DNA of 64,000 nucleotides from Planctomycetota bacterium (GCA_039190745.1 JBCCXZ010000002.1:1-64000); one strand, 5' to 3'; shown: positions 51,015 to 61,740, counted from the stretch's first letter. The notes: generated by a model not told the origin, from the sequence alone. Numbers and translations are program-made.

Positions 51015-51795
51015 GCTCTTTCGTGTCGCGGTATCGCTTCTGGGGGACTAGGTGTGCGTTGACCGCGAGCACCATTGGCTTGAGGTACCGCCAAGGACGC
51101 ACCTCGACGGTCGCCTGCTGCAGCGTCACTTGCGATGCTGTCTCGCTCGACCGCTGAGCCGACAAGACGACGCCCCGCTCGTCGCTGACGGTGTACGGTT
51201 CAGGCCAGCTCTCCCGCACTTCGCCGCCGATCGGAGCACGCAGGCACAGCCAAAGACTCATCAAGTCGTAATCTTGCAACCAGTGCAGCGCTTCCTCGGG
51301 GATCCATGAATCGACCTGCCCGGGGTGCTGGTCGTACCACTGCTCCCGCCACTCGTCGCGGAGCGGCTCGTACTTCTTCAGCCAGGCCTCCGCTGCGGGC
51401 GTCGATTTCTCTCTCGATCGCTCCAGTAATGCCAAGAAGTGGCTCGACACCATGAACGCCGCGAGCGGGCCGAGCCGCTCCGCTTCATCAGCGCAGCCGG
51501 TCCAGATTTCGATCGCATCGTCTTGCGGCATCTCGGTGAACGCGGGGGGCCTCCCCTCGTCGTCGAGCCCCGGCCAAGCCTCCCACTGCGCCCAGCCGTC
51601 GTCGTGCCGCACAATCGTGCGGACGATTTCCGCGCGGGCGCGGACGATCGGCTCGGAGGAGTCGTCCTGGAATCGGCTGGGGAAGTGCCTGATCGCCGCG
51701 GCCGCGAGCTCGCCGCTGATGCGGGCGTGCTCGAGCTGCGAGATGAGCAGCCATTGGAGCTCTTCGCCGGGGAACTGAATCTCACGCCGGATCAT
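50953..51795 (-). CDS. DUF3891 family protein
   Basis: MIRR...LISQLEHARISGELA...HDDGW...P..FTEM...VSSHF...DLMSLWLC. Confidence 0.8.
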   Translation of the reverse strand: MIRREIQFPGEELQWLLISQLEHARISGELAAAAIRHFPSRFQDDSSEPIVRARAEIVRTIVRHDDGWAQWEAWPGLDDEGRPPAFTEMPQDDAIEIWTGCADEAERLGPLAAFMVSSHFLALLERSREKSTPAAEAWLKKYEPLRDEWREQWYDQHPGQVDSWIPEEALHWLQDYDLMSLWLCLRAPIGGEVRESWPEPYTVSDERGVVLSAQRSSETASQVTLQQATVEVRPWRYLKPMVLAVNAHLVPQKRYRDTKELMSARRPTRLLFRLVPPASS

Positions 51796-51820
51796 CTTGG
51801 AAAGCTCTCTGTGGGCGCAC

Positions 51821-51854
51821 AAAAAAAACGCCGGCGGCCGCGGCCGCCGGCGTT
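51821..51854 (-). terminator. Rho-independent terminator after fba
   Basis: Perfect inverted repeat aacgccggcggccg/cggccgccggcgtt ending in a T-run on the minus strand. Confidence 0.85.
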
Positions 51855-51876
51855 CGGTTCTGGTACCGGTTCGCAG

Positions 51877-52920
51877 TTACACCACGGCGTAGTAGCTGGT
51901 GAACTGGTCGATCGAGACACACTCGATCTTGCCGGCGTTGCCCGCTTGGCCGAAAGCGGTCATGCGGGCGATGCAGACGTCTTTCATCGCGGCGCGGGCC
52001 GGCTTCAAATAGTCGCGGGGGTCGAACTTCTCGGGCGACTCGGCGAACACCTTGCGGATGGCACCGGTGATGGCCAGGCGGTTGTCGGTGTCGACGTTCA
52101 CCTTGCGGACGCCGTGCTGGATGCCGCGCTGGATCTCTTCGACCGGCACGCCCCAGGTCTGCTTCAGCTCACCGCCGTTCTGGTTGATGATGTCTTGCAA
52201 CTCCTGCGGGACCGAGCTGCTGCCGTGCATCACCAGGTGACAGTTGGGCAGGCGGCGGTGGATTTCTTCGATGCGGTCCATGGCGAGCACCTCGCCGGTG
52301 GGGGCGGAGGTGAACTTGTAGGCGCCGTGGCTGGTGCCGATGGCCACCGCGAGGGCGTCGCACCCGGTTTCGGCAACGAAGCGCTCGGCCTCTTCAGGGT
52401 CGGTGAGCAGCTGGTCGTGCGACAAGGTGCCGGTGGCGCCGTGGCCGTCTTCCTGCTCGCCGCCGCCGGTTTCTAGCGACCCGAGGCAGCCCAATTCGCC
52501 CTCAACCGAAACGCCCTTCGCGTGGGCTAGTTCGACGACCTTCTTGGTGACGACCACGTTGTAGTCGAAGTCCGCCGGGGTCTTGCCGTCTTCCTTCAGC
52601 GAGCCGTCCATCATCACGCTCGTGAAGCCGTTCTCGATCGCGCTCTGGCAGGTCTCAGGGCTGTTGCCGTGGTCCTGGTGCATGGCGATCGGGATTTTCG
52701 GGTAGAGCTCCGAGGCGGCGAGCATCAGGTGCCGCAGGTACGAGTCCTGAGAGTACTTCCGGGCGCCGCGGCTGGCCTGCACGATGACCGGCGACTCGGT
52801 CTCCTCGGCGGCTTCCATGATCGACTGGATCTGCTCCATGTTGTTGACGTTGAAGGCGGCCAAGCCGTAGTTGTTTTCAGCGGCGTGGTCGAGCAGCAAC
52901 CGCATGGGGACCAGTGGCAT
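51877..52920 (-). CDS. fba: Class II fructose-bisphosphate aldolase
   Basis: [39 protein letters not shown] and KVNVDTD. Confidence 0.97.
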   Translation of the reverse strand: MPLVPMRLLLDHAAENNYGLAAFNVNNMEQIQSIMEAAEETESPVIVQASRGARKYSQDSYLRHLMLAASELYPKIPIAMHQDHGNSPETCQSAIENGFTSVMMDGSLKEDGKTPADFDYNVVVTKKVVELAHAKGVSVEGELGCLGSLETGGGEQEDGHGATGTLSHDQLLTDPEEAERFVAETGCDALAVAIGTSHGAYKFTSAPTGEVLAMDRIEEIHRRLPNCHLVMHGSSSVPQELQDIINQNGGELKQTWGVPVEEIQRGIQHGVRKVNVDTDNRLAITGAIRKVFAESPEKFDPRDYLKPARAAMKDVCIARMTAFGQAGNAGKIECVSIDQFTSYYAVV

Positions 52921-53109
52921 GGGAGGGGCTCCTTCGGAGTTCGGTATCGGTCGGCGTCGACGGTAGACGGCCGGTGGATCTTAGAGATTGATTAATGAGG
53001 GGCTTCGTACCGCTCTACGCACGCGGCCGACAACCGTCAGGCCCCGCAGAATACCAGATTTGGGCGGCCTGCGGAACGGTCCGCCCAGCGAGCTGGGGGA
53101 GCCGAGGGT

Positions 53110-53952
53110 CTAGGGATTGGCGGACGCCGCTTCCACATTAGCGGCATCAGCGGAATCGGCCCGGTCGTCCATGAGTTCCGTGACCGGGGCAGGGGGCAAG
53201 TCTGCCGATTCGGCGTCATCCTCGATGGCTGGGCCGCCCTCGTCCGCCGGGGATTCGGCGCCGGGCGCCGGCTCGCCGAGCAGCGCGGCGTCGATGATCC
53301 GCTTCAACTCATCCGACGGGTCGACCTCCTCGGGCTCGGCGGCGACCTCGGCTTCGTCTGCCAGCTGCTTGGCCGTCTTGAGCAACTCGCGCAGCTGTTC
53401 GTCGGTGGCCTGGGGTCGCATCTCCCAGCTGCCGTCGGGGCGTTTGTCGGCGATGTGCACCATGACCTGATCGAATCCTGCTTCGTCGATTTCCTCATCG
53501 ACCATGCCCCGGATGAATCTCCGGAGCGTAACCCGACCGGCACTCTTTTCTTCGTCGGTCAGACCCGAGTCGTCCAGGTACCCGCGTTCGACGGCCGTCA
53601 CGAGCATCGAGCTAAAGAGTGGAGACTCGACAAGCTCCTCAAAGATCGAGAAGAGTTGCGGGCCATCGAGTTCGCCGGCCCGAAAGGCGTCGGCAAGTCG
53701 CTCGACCTGAACCAAGACCTCGGCCTGCTCCTCCTCGGGGAGGCCGGATTCGGCGAGGGTTTCTTTCACCGCGGCCGAGACGTAATCGCTCATGAGGTCA
53801 CGCCAGTTGCGCGAGACCCACCAGGCGGCCGCCACCAAGAACAGGATGGCCAGTCCGGTGACTACGAGGCAGCCCAGCAGGCAGCCTGAAAGGGCGCTCT
53901 TCTCTTCGGTTCCCTGCTGCTCGGGCTCGATCTCAAAACGGTCGGCGGGCAT
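53110..53952 (-). CDS. Hypothetical membrane-anchored acidic helical protein
   Basis: SGCLLGCLVV...TM helix followed by an acidic helical domain. Confidence 0.72.
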   Translation of the reverse strand: MPADRFEIEPEQQGTEEKSALSGCLLGCLVVTGLAILFLVAAAWWVSRNWRDLMSDYVSAAVKETLAESGLPEEEQAEVLVQVERLADAFRAGELDGPQLFSIFEELVESPLFSSMLVTAVERGYLDDSGLTDEEKSAGRVTLRRFIRGMVDEEIDEAGFDQVMVHIADKRPDGSWEMRPQATDEQLRELLKTAKQLADEAEVAAEPEEVDPSDELKRIIDAALLGEPAPGAESPADEGGPAIEDDAESADLPPAPVTELMDDRADSADAANVEAASANP

Positions 53953-54048
53953 CGCTGTTCGGCTCGCGTGATGGCGGGGCTGGTGTCGCGGACTCCGTCC
54001 CTATCATCCTCCGAGAGCCGAGCGGGGACAACCGTGCCCGGTTCACAC

Positions 54049-54567
54049 TTAGCCCTTTGGCGCCCACTCGGTGAGGATCGCCAGAAGCTTCTGCTCGTTG
54101 TAAGACTTGCCTTGTTCCAACTCGCCGGTGCCCTGGGAATGCAGCACGCTGCCACTCGCGTCGAGGAAGAACAAGTGGGGAAAGGCTTCGAAGTCGGGCA
54201 GCTTCGCGAAGAACTCCTCGTTCTTGTTCTCTTTGCTCCAGTTCACTTTCATCACCAGATAGCCTTCCTCAAGGACGCCTGCGACCGTTGGCGTGTCGTG
54301 GAAGTACTTCTCCAGCAGGTGACAGTAGCGGCACCACTCGCCGCCGATCTGCAGGATGACGTGCTTGTTCTCTGCTTGGGCGAGCTCGAGCGCCGAGGCC
54401 AAGTCGACGGCCGGGTCTCGGGCCGGGTCGTACTTCTCGACCGTGTAGACCGGCGCGGCCGGTCCGCCGCAGCCTGCGGCTCCAAGGCAAACAAGTATCA
54501 AGGCAAGGGCAGCGGGTGGCGCGGCGAGCGTGGGGACGAAGGTCACGGCGAGGCCTTCCTTTAGCAA
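54049..54567 (-). CDS. Thioredoxin-family lipoprotein
   Basis: AGC lipobox-like motif, GGEWCRYC and FPHLFFLD; exact start uncertain. Confidence 0.85.
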   Translation of the reverse strand: MLKEGLAVTFVPTLAAPPAALALILVCLGAAGCGGPAAPVYTVEKYDPARDPAVDLASALELAQAENKHVILQIGGEWCRYCHLLEKYFHDTPTVAGVLEEGYLVMKVNWSKENKNEEFFAKLPDFEAFPHLFFLDASGSVLHSQGTGELEQGKSYNEQKLLAILTEWAPKG

Positions 54568-54782
54568 AGCGAGGGGGACGTTTCCGTAAGCGGGGAATCA
54601 GGACTCAGTGCAATCGTACCGCGGGCTGGAGCTGATTTCGGTGACCGAGCCTACAGTCTTACACGGCCGCTCGCGAGTCCGCGGGCCGCGTCTCGGTCGA
54701 TCCCGGGCAATCCGGTTGCTAGGCTAGAGTCTGCGTGGTTGACCACGGGTTCGCCCGGGAATTGAATCGCGAGAAGCAGAAC

Positions 54783-55985
54783 ATGACCAAGACGCTGTTC
54801 GCTATCTGTTGGGCTTTAACGGTCTTCACAGCCGCTACCGTGCCGCTGCGGGCTGACGACCCCGTCGGGATCGGCGCAGAAGCCCCAAGCGAGGGCCCGG
54901 CCGTGCCCGCGGACGACGGCTTCATGACCGCTTACACTGAACGGATCCCCGGGACGGATGTCACTTTCACGATGATCCCGATCCCCGGAGGCGTGCTGGA
55001 AGTCGAAGGGGCCGATGGCGAGACCGTGTCGCTCGAGGTCGAACCGTTCTGGATGGGTCGGTGCGAAGTCACTTGGGCCGAGTACCACGAGTACATGGAG
55101 ATGTACGGGGTGTTCAAAGCGCTGGGCGAGCTGCGCGGGTCTTCCGGCGATGGCGACCTGGCCCATGTCCGGGCGTACCTCGAACAAAACCCGGATGGGG
55201 TCGACGCGGTCACGTCGCCGACGCCGCTCTACGACCCGAGCTTTACCTACTGGGTTGGCGAGGAGGACAACCAGCCGGCGGTGACGATGACGCAATTCGC
55301 CGCTCGGCAGTACACCAAGTGGCTGAGCGGAATCGTCGGTCGAGAGTACCGCCTGCCGAGCGAGACGGAGTGGGAGTACGCCGCACGGGCCGGGACCCAA
55401 ACCGCGTACTCCTTCGGCGACAACGCCGAGCGGCTCGGGGACTACGCTTGGTTTGCAGACAACGCGGAAGAAGAGACGCACCCCGTCGGCAGCAAGAAGC
55501 CCAACCCGTGGGGGCTGCACGACATGCACGGCAACGTCGCCGAATGGGTGCTCGATGCGTACCGAGAAGACCGCGCCGCCGCTGCGGCAGAGTTGAGCGC
55601 CTCCGAGGGGCAGCCAGTGCTCTGGCCCGAGAAGCTGTACCCGCGGACGATCCGAGGGGGCTGCTGGTACAGCGAGGCCGGCGAGACAACCTCCGGCGCA
55701 CGATTCGGCAGCGAGGACCGCATGTGGGTGCTGCAAGACCCCAACTTGCCGAAGAGCCCGTGGTGGTACACGGAAGACCCCGCCACCGGCATTGGGTTCC
55801 GCTTGGTCCGTCCGCTACGCCCGATGGACGACGAGACGCGGCAACGGGTTTGGGATCCGGACACCGACAGCACCCGCCGCGCCGTGAAGAATCGGATCAC
55901 CGAGGGCCGAGGGGCTCAGAGCGCCGCCACGGAGCAGCTCCCCAGGGTGATCGAAGCGATCGAGGCCGCCGGCCTCGTCGAGTAG
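54783..55985 (+). CDS. Formylglycine-generating enzyme (SUMF1)-fold secreted protein
   Basis: Signal peptide; EVTWAEY, RLPSETEWEYAARAG, PNPWGLHDMHGNVAEW and GFRLVR. Confidence 0.9.
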   Translation: MTKTLFAICWALTVFTAATVPLRADDPVGIGAEAPSEGPAVPADDGFMTAYTERIPGTDVTFTMIPIPGGVLEVEGADGETVSLEVEPFWMGRCEVTWAEYHEYMEMYGVFKALGELRGSSGDGDLAHVRAYLEQNPDGVDAVTSPTPLYDPSFTYWVGEEDNQPAVTMTQFAARQYTKWLSGIVGREYRLPSETEWEYAARAGTQTAYSFGDNAERLGDYAWFADNAEEETHPVGSKKPNPWGLHDMHGNVAEWVLDAYREDRAAAAAELSASEGQPVLWPEKLYPRTIRGGCWYSEAGETTSGARFGSEDRMWVLQDPNLPKSPWWYTEDPATGIGFRLVRPLRPMDDETRQRVWDPDTDSTRRAVKNRITEGRGAQSAATEQLPRVIEAIEAAGLVE

Positions 55986-56010
55986 CCTTCTGAACCCGCA
56001 GCAGGTCGAC

Positions 56011-56979
56011 GTGTTCCACTGGGACAACGGGCTTTTTCTGACGCGGGCAAAGTTGGGGCTGGACGTCCGCCGCGGCCTGGCGTGCGGCTACATCTCGCAC
56101 GCCCACGCCGACCACATGGGGCCGCACCAGGTTGCCCTGGCGACGCCGGAAACCGCGGCGTTGTACCGCCACCGCCGCGGCGCGGGCAGGCGGGTGCGTT
56201 TGCTGCACTACGGCGAGCCTGAGCGCTTCGGCGGATTCGAACTGACCGCGCTCCCCGCCGGGCACTGCCTGGGTTCTTCGATGCTGCTCGCCAACGACGG
56301 CGGCAAGACGCTGCTCTACACCGGCGACTTCAAACTCGGCCCCTCGGCGACCGCCAAGCAGGCAGAACCGCCTCGGGCGGACATCCTGGTGATGGAGAGC
56401 ACCTTCGGCCGCCCACGCTACCGGTTGCCGCCGCGGGAGGAGGTCGTCGCCGAGTTGGCGGAACTCGTCCGGTCGGTGCTCGCAGAGGGACGCACGCCCG
56501 TGCTGCACGCCTACGAGTTGGGCAAGGCTCAGGAGGTCACGAAGCTGCTGACCGACCGCGGCTTGCCCGTGTTGCAGCACCCTTCGATCTTTGCCGTGAG
56601 CGAGGTTTACCGGCGCTGCGAAGTCGGCCTCGGCGACTGCACGGAGTTCCGGGCTGATCGGGTCCCGGGTCGCGTGGTGGTGACCCTGCCGCGGGGCGTC
56701 AGGAATTTCCGACTGCCGGGGATCGCGTCGCCCGTGAGTATCGCCATCACGGGGTGGGCCATCGATCCGGCGACCAAGCACCGCCTTGGAGTGGACCATG
56801 CGTTGCCGTTGTCGGACCACGCGGACTTTGATGAGTTGCTTCGGCTCGTGGAACTGGTGCATCCCGAGCAGGTGTACTGCACCCACGGCCCCGCCAGCTT
56901 CGCCGGGTGCCTGCAGGCCGCGGGCTGGGACGCCCGCCCGGTAAGCGGTGGCTACCAACGGCGGATGTTCGTGCCCTAG
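56011..56979 (+). CDS. Metallo-beta-lactamase / beta-CASP nuclease (ligase-associated exonuclease-like)
   Basis: SHAHADH, AGHCLGS, YTGDF, MESTFG, LGKAQE, LSDHADF and THG. Confidence 0.9.
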   Translation: MFHWDNGLFLTRAKLGLDVRRGLACGYISHAHADHMGPHQVALATPETAALYRHRRGAGRRVRLLHYGEPERFGGFELTALPAGHCLGSSMLLANDGGKTLLYTGDFKLGPSATAKQAEPPRADILVMESTFGRPRYRLPPREEVVAELAELVRSVLAEGRTPVLHAYELGKAQEVTKLLTDRGLPVLQHPSIFAVSEVYRRCEVGLGDCTEFRADRVPGRVVVTLPRGVRNFRLPGIASPVSIAITGWAIDPATKHRLGVDHALPLSDHADFDELLRLVELVHPEQVYCTHGPASFAGCLQAAGWDARPVSGGYQRRMFVP

Positions 56980-57224
56980 GCCGACCGAGCCGCCAGTTTG
57001 CGAGCCACCGCAGTTCTCGGCTGAGGACTCTAACGGTTATGCGGGTCGCTAGGGCGCAGAAGCCGGGGAGAAGTCCGTCTATGCGGCCTGTGCCGAGCAA
57101 GCGGGTTGCACTCGCGTCCGATGGTAGCGGTTTTGTTGGTTCGCCGTGATGGCCGGGGCCGAATGTGGGTTCGTAGGCACACGCTACGCGCAGCACCGGC
57201 AGAGAGACCCTCAGCGGGAAGTCC

Positions 57225-58739
57225 ATGGAAAGACGCAACACGGCACGTCTGCGCGTCCGGGCGCCCCTAGTGGCTGCGGTGCTGGCGTCTGGCTGGTTCT
57301 CCGCAGCCCCGCCGGCCGGCGGGGAACCGGCGGGCGATACGCCGACCGACCGCTATTGGCAGTTCTTGGAGCACACCGACGACCCGAGCCTCCGTCTGCT
57401 CCCGGCGCTGGAGTCCTCAGACCAGCACCCCGAAAAGGTCGTCGACGGGCCGACTCTTCTGCCGCCGATGCACTTCCCCACGACCATGGAGCCGCCGTCG
57501 CCGGCGGGTTCCGGGATGGTCGGGGACAGCTCCAAGCTGGTTGATCTGGAAGACTTTGTAGCGGGGCCCGATCCAAACGAAACCGCGGGCGTCGCCGCCC
57601 CTACGAGAAACCGCCCTCAACCGGCGGGCCCTAGCTTGTTGCCCCTCGGGCCGTCTTTGGTTGAGGAACAACCGGCGGGCCGGCCGACGGTCCGTAGTGA
57701 GGCTTCTGCAGAGAGTAGCGAGCCTTCGGCAGAGAGCAGAACGCCTCGGCTGAGCGAGTACACCGCCACCTTGCTCCCGACCGGCTCCCGCGTGCAGCAG
57801 CTTGCAGAGGCGAGCGTGCAGCGGGGTTACGCCTTCGCCAAACGGGGGGCCTACTTCACCGCCGAGCGTGAGTTCATCGAAGCGCTCAAGCTGGTCACAC
57901 GGCAGAAAGACTTACAGAGCAGCCGCTCGTCTCGCTCCGAAGCGTTGTCGGCCGGCTTGAGGGCACTCGACGAGGCGGAGGACTTCTTCCCAGGGGGAAT
58001 GCAGGTTCAGGCGGAACTCGACCTAGCGTCCATCCGGGCGTCGCACCTCACGAAGCTGGACGAGCCGCTAGAGGACCAAACCCAGGCGCAACACGTCTTG
58101 GACCTCTACCTCCGTTACGCACAAGTACAACTGGGGGCCGCCGTCTCGGGCGAACCGGCCGGGTCGATGGCCCTGCACGCCTTGGGCAAACTCCAAAGCC
58201 AGCTGGGCCGGGTCGAGCCCGCCCGGAACCCAATCGCCGCCGAACGGGCGGCCGCGCTCCAACAAGCCGCCCTTTTGGCGCGGTCCGACAACTACTTGGC
58301 AGCCCACGAACTGGGGCTGCTGCTGGCCGAGGCGGGCAGGCTGCAGCGGGCCGAAGCCCTGCTCGCAGGGGTCGCGGCAGATCAACCGAACGCCGTGGTG
58401 CTCCGAAATCTCGCCGCCGTGCAGCGTAAGCGCGGGCAACACCTGTTGGCTCAGCAATCACTCGCCCAGGCGGAAGCGTTGGCTAGGGCGGGCCGCGGCG
58501 GCGGGGCTGGCGTGCAGACGGTTTCGCCACGGCAATTTGCACAAACTTCTGCACGGTCGCAGGCCGCTTCGACGCCGCAGGCCGGTCGCTCAGCGTCGCC
58601 CAGCGGGCCGGGCGGCTCCAGCTTAAGGGTCGCGGGGCGAGGACTGTTCCACGCGGAGCCGACCAACCCCGCCACGAGCCCCAATCCCGGTTCGCGGTCG
58701 GGCACCGATTTCGTCAGCCCCACAGCAAGGTGGCGGTAA
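57225..58739 (+). CDS. Secreted hypothetical protein with Pro-rich N-terminus and TPR-like helices
   Basis: Signal peptide; ALHALGK, AAHELGLLLA and LRNLA; abuts the polysaccharide export gene. Confidence 0.75.
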   Translation: MERRNTARLRVRAPLVAAVLASGWFSAAPPAGGEPAGDTPTDRYWQFLEHTDDPSLRLLPALESSDQHPEKVVDGPTLLPPMHFPTTMEPPSPAGSGMVGDSSKLVDLEDFVAGPDPNETAGVAAPTRNRPQPAGPSLLPLGPSLVEEQPAGRPTVRSEASAESSEPSAESRTPRLSEYTATLLPTGSRVQQLAEASVQRGYAFAKRGAYFTAEREFIEALKLVTRQKDLQSSRSSRSEALSAGLRALDEAEDFFPGGMQVQAELDLASIRASHLTKLDEPLEDQTQAQHVLDLYLRYAQVQLGAAVSGEPAGSMALHALGKLQSQLGRVEPARNPIAAERAAALQQAALLARSDNYLAAHELGLLLAEAGRLQRAEALLAGVAADQPNAVVLRNLAAVQRKRGQHLLAQQSLAQAEALARAGRGGGAGVQTVSPRQFAQTSARSQAASTPQAGRSASPSGPGGSSLRVAGRGLFHAEPTNPATSPNPGSRSGTDFVSPTARWR

Positions 58740-58741
58740 GC

Positions 58742-60073
58742 ATGCACAAGACTCGCCCCCAACGATCGAAGTACACCGTCGTCTTGGTCGTCGCGGCCAT
58801 CGCCGCAATCGCCGTGGCCGTGACGCTCCCAGGCGGCGACACTGGCGCCAACGCTCCCGACGCACCTCCGTCGGAGAGACCAGCAAGCCTAGAAAACCGC
58901 TCTCTGAGGCTCGCATCGTTGGATCGGGACAAACGAAGGCCGGACAATCCCAGGCCGGACAGCGACTTCCAACTCTGTCAGGCCCTCGGCCCCGCCGCCC
59001 CGCACCCAGTCTGGGGCGTCGATGGACTCGCCGGCTGCGGACGCGGAGAGGTTGGCTGGGAGGCCCGCGCCCACATCAACTGGCAGGCTTACGCCCAGGG
59101 AGAGTACGTCGGCCACGCCCGGCTGGCGCACGTCCCAGAGTACCGCATCCGGGTCGACGACGAGATCTCGTTCGTCTTCCGGCTCACCCGCGAGAAGACA
59201 GACAAGCCGTACGAGTTCCAGGTCGGCGACACGCTCCGCGTCGAGTCGCTCACCGCCGACGGAGCCACCAACGCGAACGGACTGCCCCAGGACGACATCC
59301 GCCGCGACCTAGTGATCCAACCCGACGGCACGCTCAGCCTGCCGCTGCTCGGCCAGGTACACGCGGCCGGCAGTACCGTGGAGCAGCTCCGACTGCAGCT
59401 CGAAGAACGCTACAAGAAGTACTACAAGCTGCCCTCGATTACGGTCACGCCAATCCAGGTCAACACGCGTCTGCAAGACCTTATCGAGTCGATCGACGCC
59501 CGGCAGGGGCTCGGCGGCCTGCAGTTGACGGTGACGGTGACGCCCGCGGGCAAGATCTATCTGCCAGCGTTAGGCGCCATCTGCGTCCAGGGGCTCACGC
59601 TCGAGGAGTTGAAGTTTGAAATCGACGCCCGTTACGCGGCGACCATCCCCGGGGTAGCGCTGACGCCCGTGCTGAGCCAGCGTGCGCCGCGGTTCATGTT
59701 CGTGCTCGGCGAGGTGGTCGAACCGGGCCGGTTTGAGCTGGAAGGTCCTACCACGCTGATGGGAGCGATCGCGCTGGCCGGCGGGTGGAACCAGGGGGCC
59801 AACCTCCGGCAGGTGGTCGTCTTCCGCCGCGGCGACGACTGGCGGCTGATGGCCACGATGGTCGACATCCGGGGGGCTCTGCAGGGCCGCCGGCCCACCC
59901 CCGCCGACGAGATCTGGCTGAACGATTCCGACATCGTGGTCGTGCCAAAAACGCCCATCGAGGTGGTCGACGAAGCCATCGACCAGTACTTCACCCGTGG
60001 GCTTTACAGCCTGTTCCCGCAGTTCGTCGGCGGCGACTTCACGTTCAGCGCCTTCCGGCAGATCAGCAACTAG
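58742..60073 (+). CDS. Polysaccharide biosynthesis/export (Wza-like, Poly_export + SLBB) protein
   Basis: YEFQVGDTL, IQPDGTLSLPLLGQVHAAG, VLGEVVEPG, AIALAGG and DSDIVVVP. Confidence 0.9.
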   Translation: MHKTRPQRSKYTVVLVVAAIAAIAVAVTLPGGDTGANAPDAPPSERPASLENRSLRLASLDRDKRRPDNPRPDSDFQLCQALGPAAPHPVWGVDGLAGCGRGEVGWEARAHINWQAYAQGEYVGHARLAHVPEYRIRVDDEISFVFRLTREKTDKPYEFQVGDTLRVESLTADGATNANGLPQDDIRRDLVIQPDGTLSLPLLGQVHAAGSTVEQLRLQLEERYKKYYKLPSITVTPIQVNTRLQDLIESIDARQGLGGLQLTVTVTPAGKIYLPALGAICVQGLTLEELKFEIDARYAATIPGVALTPVLSQRAPRFMFVLGEVVEPGRFELEGPTTLMGAIALAGGWNQGANLRQVVVFRRGDDWRLMATMVDIRGALQGRRPTPADEIWLNDSDIVVVPKTPIEVVDEAIDQYFTRGLYSLFPQFVGGDFTFSAFRQISN

Positions 60074-60178
60074 AGCGCACAACACCGCAGCGTAGCGGCT
60101 TCTCCGTCGGAACAGCCGGCGAACACATCGCCGCCGACGCCATAAGTTATGTGCGACTCGCACTAGCTTCGCCGAAGA

Positions 60179-60511
60179 TCACTCTTGGCGGACTTGCTCG
60201 CTCAACCAAGCCAAGTATGCAGGGCTGCCGCCTTGGACCTCCAAGACGACTGCCTCAGGGCAGTCGTAGCTGTGCAATCGCCCGATCGCCTCGACAACCT
60301 TGTCAGCCATCGCCGCACTTGTCTTGATGGCCAGGAAAAACTCGTCGGCCCGCTCGACCGCGCCCTGCCAACAGTACACGCTTTGGCCGGGCGTCACCTG
60401 CACGCAGGCCGCCAATCGTTCCTCGACTAGAGAAGTTGCGATCGTGTCGGCCTCGGCCCGCGACCCCGTAGAAGTCTGAACCACCACGTACGCGCTCCCG
60501 TTGGTACTCAC
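60179..60511 (-). CDS. cutA: Divalent-cation tolerance protein CutA
   Basis: LVEERLAACVQ, SVYCWQG, IKT, HSYDCPE and YLAWL. Confidence 0.93.
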   Translation of the reverse strand: MSTNGSAYVVVQTSTGSRAEADTIATSLVEERLAACVQVTPGQSVYCWQGAVERADEFFLAIKTSAAMADKVVEAIGRLHSYDCPEAVVLEVQGGSPAYLAWLSEQVRQE

Positions 60512-61740
60512 TGCAGGACCTCTCGCTCGGGAGCATTCTCGTGATCGCCGGCGCCCTCTGATTCAGTCGCCGCCCCATAAAACTCGCGCGCCACAACTTC
60601 GGCGTGCCAGGGCAGCCGGCTGCGGAGCGTGTAGACCCAGTGGCCGCGCATGCTGGGCATCAATCCCCCGCGGTAGTGGCGGTAGTCGACCAGCAGCGTC
60701 TTGCCCTGTTCCGCGACTTTCTTGCCGGCCCGCAATCTCGAGAGGAGCCATCCGGGGCCGAGGTCCTGCTCGAAAAACCGACGGAGCCGCCAGTCGGCGA
60801 CAAACGTCCGGCCGCCGATGAGCAGCGGCGGGAAGTCGGAGCCGGCAATCCCGACCTGCTGCACGGAATCGCGATCCGTGAAGAAAGCCTTCGTCAGCAG
60901 GCCCCGACCGTAGTCCGACGTGTAGGCAGGCAATCCTACCCTGGGCCTGTGATTGACGAAGTGCAGGAGCTTTGCGTAACCGTCCGCCGCCCACGCATGG
61001 CGAATCGGCGCCCCGAAGGAGACCATGTCTAGCTGGAGTCTTCGGACCGGGTGGCTTTCGTTTTGCAGGATTGACTCCGCTTCCTCCCAGTGCGGCGTGT
61101 CGCGGCGGGCCCCCCACCACGAGCGTCGATGGTCGCGGGCCGCGTGGAGCAACGCTTGCAACTGCTCGTTGTCGCTAGCCAAGAGCCAGGACAACAGCGC
61201 CAAGACGTTCCCGCCATGGCTGTGCCCCCAGAGTTGCACCCGCAGCACCGCCTCCAGCTTTTCGGGCGGCAAAGACCCTGCGAAACATGCGAGTTCGTTG
61301 AGTAAACGAATCGCGCCGTCGGCACGGGCGATGTGGTTGTTCTGGCCAGACCAGACAAACCGTTTGACGGAGATCTTCTCCTCGGTGGCTTGATTGATCC
61401 CGCTTTCGAACTCATCGGCAAAACGGGGCACATAGTTCCCGCCTTCGCCCGTGAGCACATCGGTGATCGTCTTTCGGGCGCGCCCGAGCCGCCCTGCGAG
61501 TCCTGGCGCCAAGCGGTCGAGGCCCATGATGACACCAGCAAGATCGTTCCCCACAAAAGTGCCATGCACTAAGTAGACGGCCGCCACCCCAGCTGATGCG
61601 AAGGCGGCACCCGAGGAGGCAAGCCTCTTACGAAACTCGATTTGCTTGGGCGTTACTGGCTGAGGTTCGTCGAAGACTTCGAACGGCGCCGACGGCGGCC
61701 CGTTCGTGTAAACCTGGTGGCGGAACCCGGACAATGCCAT
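60508..61740 (-). CDS. Putative alpha/beta-hydrolase-fold protein
   Basis: LVHGTF oxyanion-type motif, WSGQN, GHSHGG nucleophile elbow and a C-terminal GH. Confidence 0.72.
   Translation of the reverse strand: MALSGFRHQVYTNGPPSAPFEVFDEPQPVTPKQIEFRKRLASSGAAFASAGVAAVYLVHGTFVGNDLAGVIMGLDRLAPGLAGRLGRARKTITDVLTGEGGNYVPRFADEFESGINQATEEKISVKRFVWSGQNNHIARADGAIRLLNELACFAGSLPPEKLEAVLRVQLWGHSHGGNVLALLSWLLASDNEQLQALLHAARDHRRSWWGARRDTPHWEEAESILQNESHPVRRLQLDMVSFGAPIRHAWAADGYAKLLHFVNHRPRVGLPAYTSDYGRGLLTKAFFTDRDSVQQVGIAGSDFPPLLIGGRTFVADWRLRRFFEQDLGPGWLLSRLRAGKKVAEQGKTLLVDYRHYRGGLMPSMRGHWVYTLRSRLPWHAEVVAREFYGAATESEGAGDHENAPEREVLQ

Noticed and set aside
54783..55985. True sulfatase-maturing FGE, or a diversity-generating retroelement target
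   Set aside because: It lacks the paired catalytic Cys motif, and there is no reverse transcriptase or template repeat in the window.
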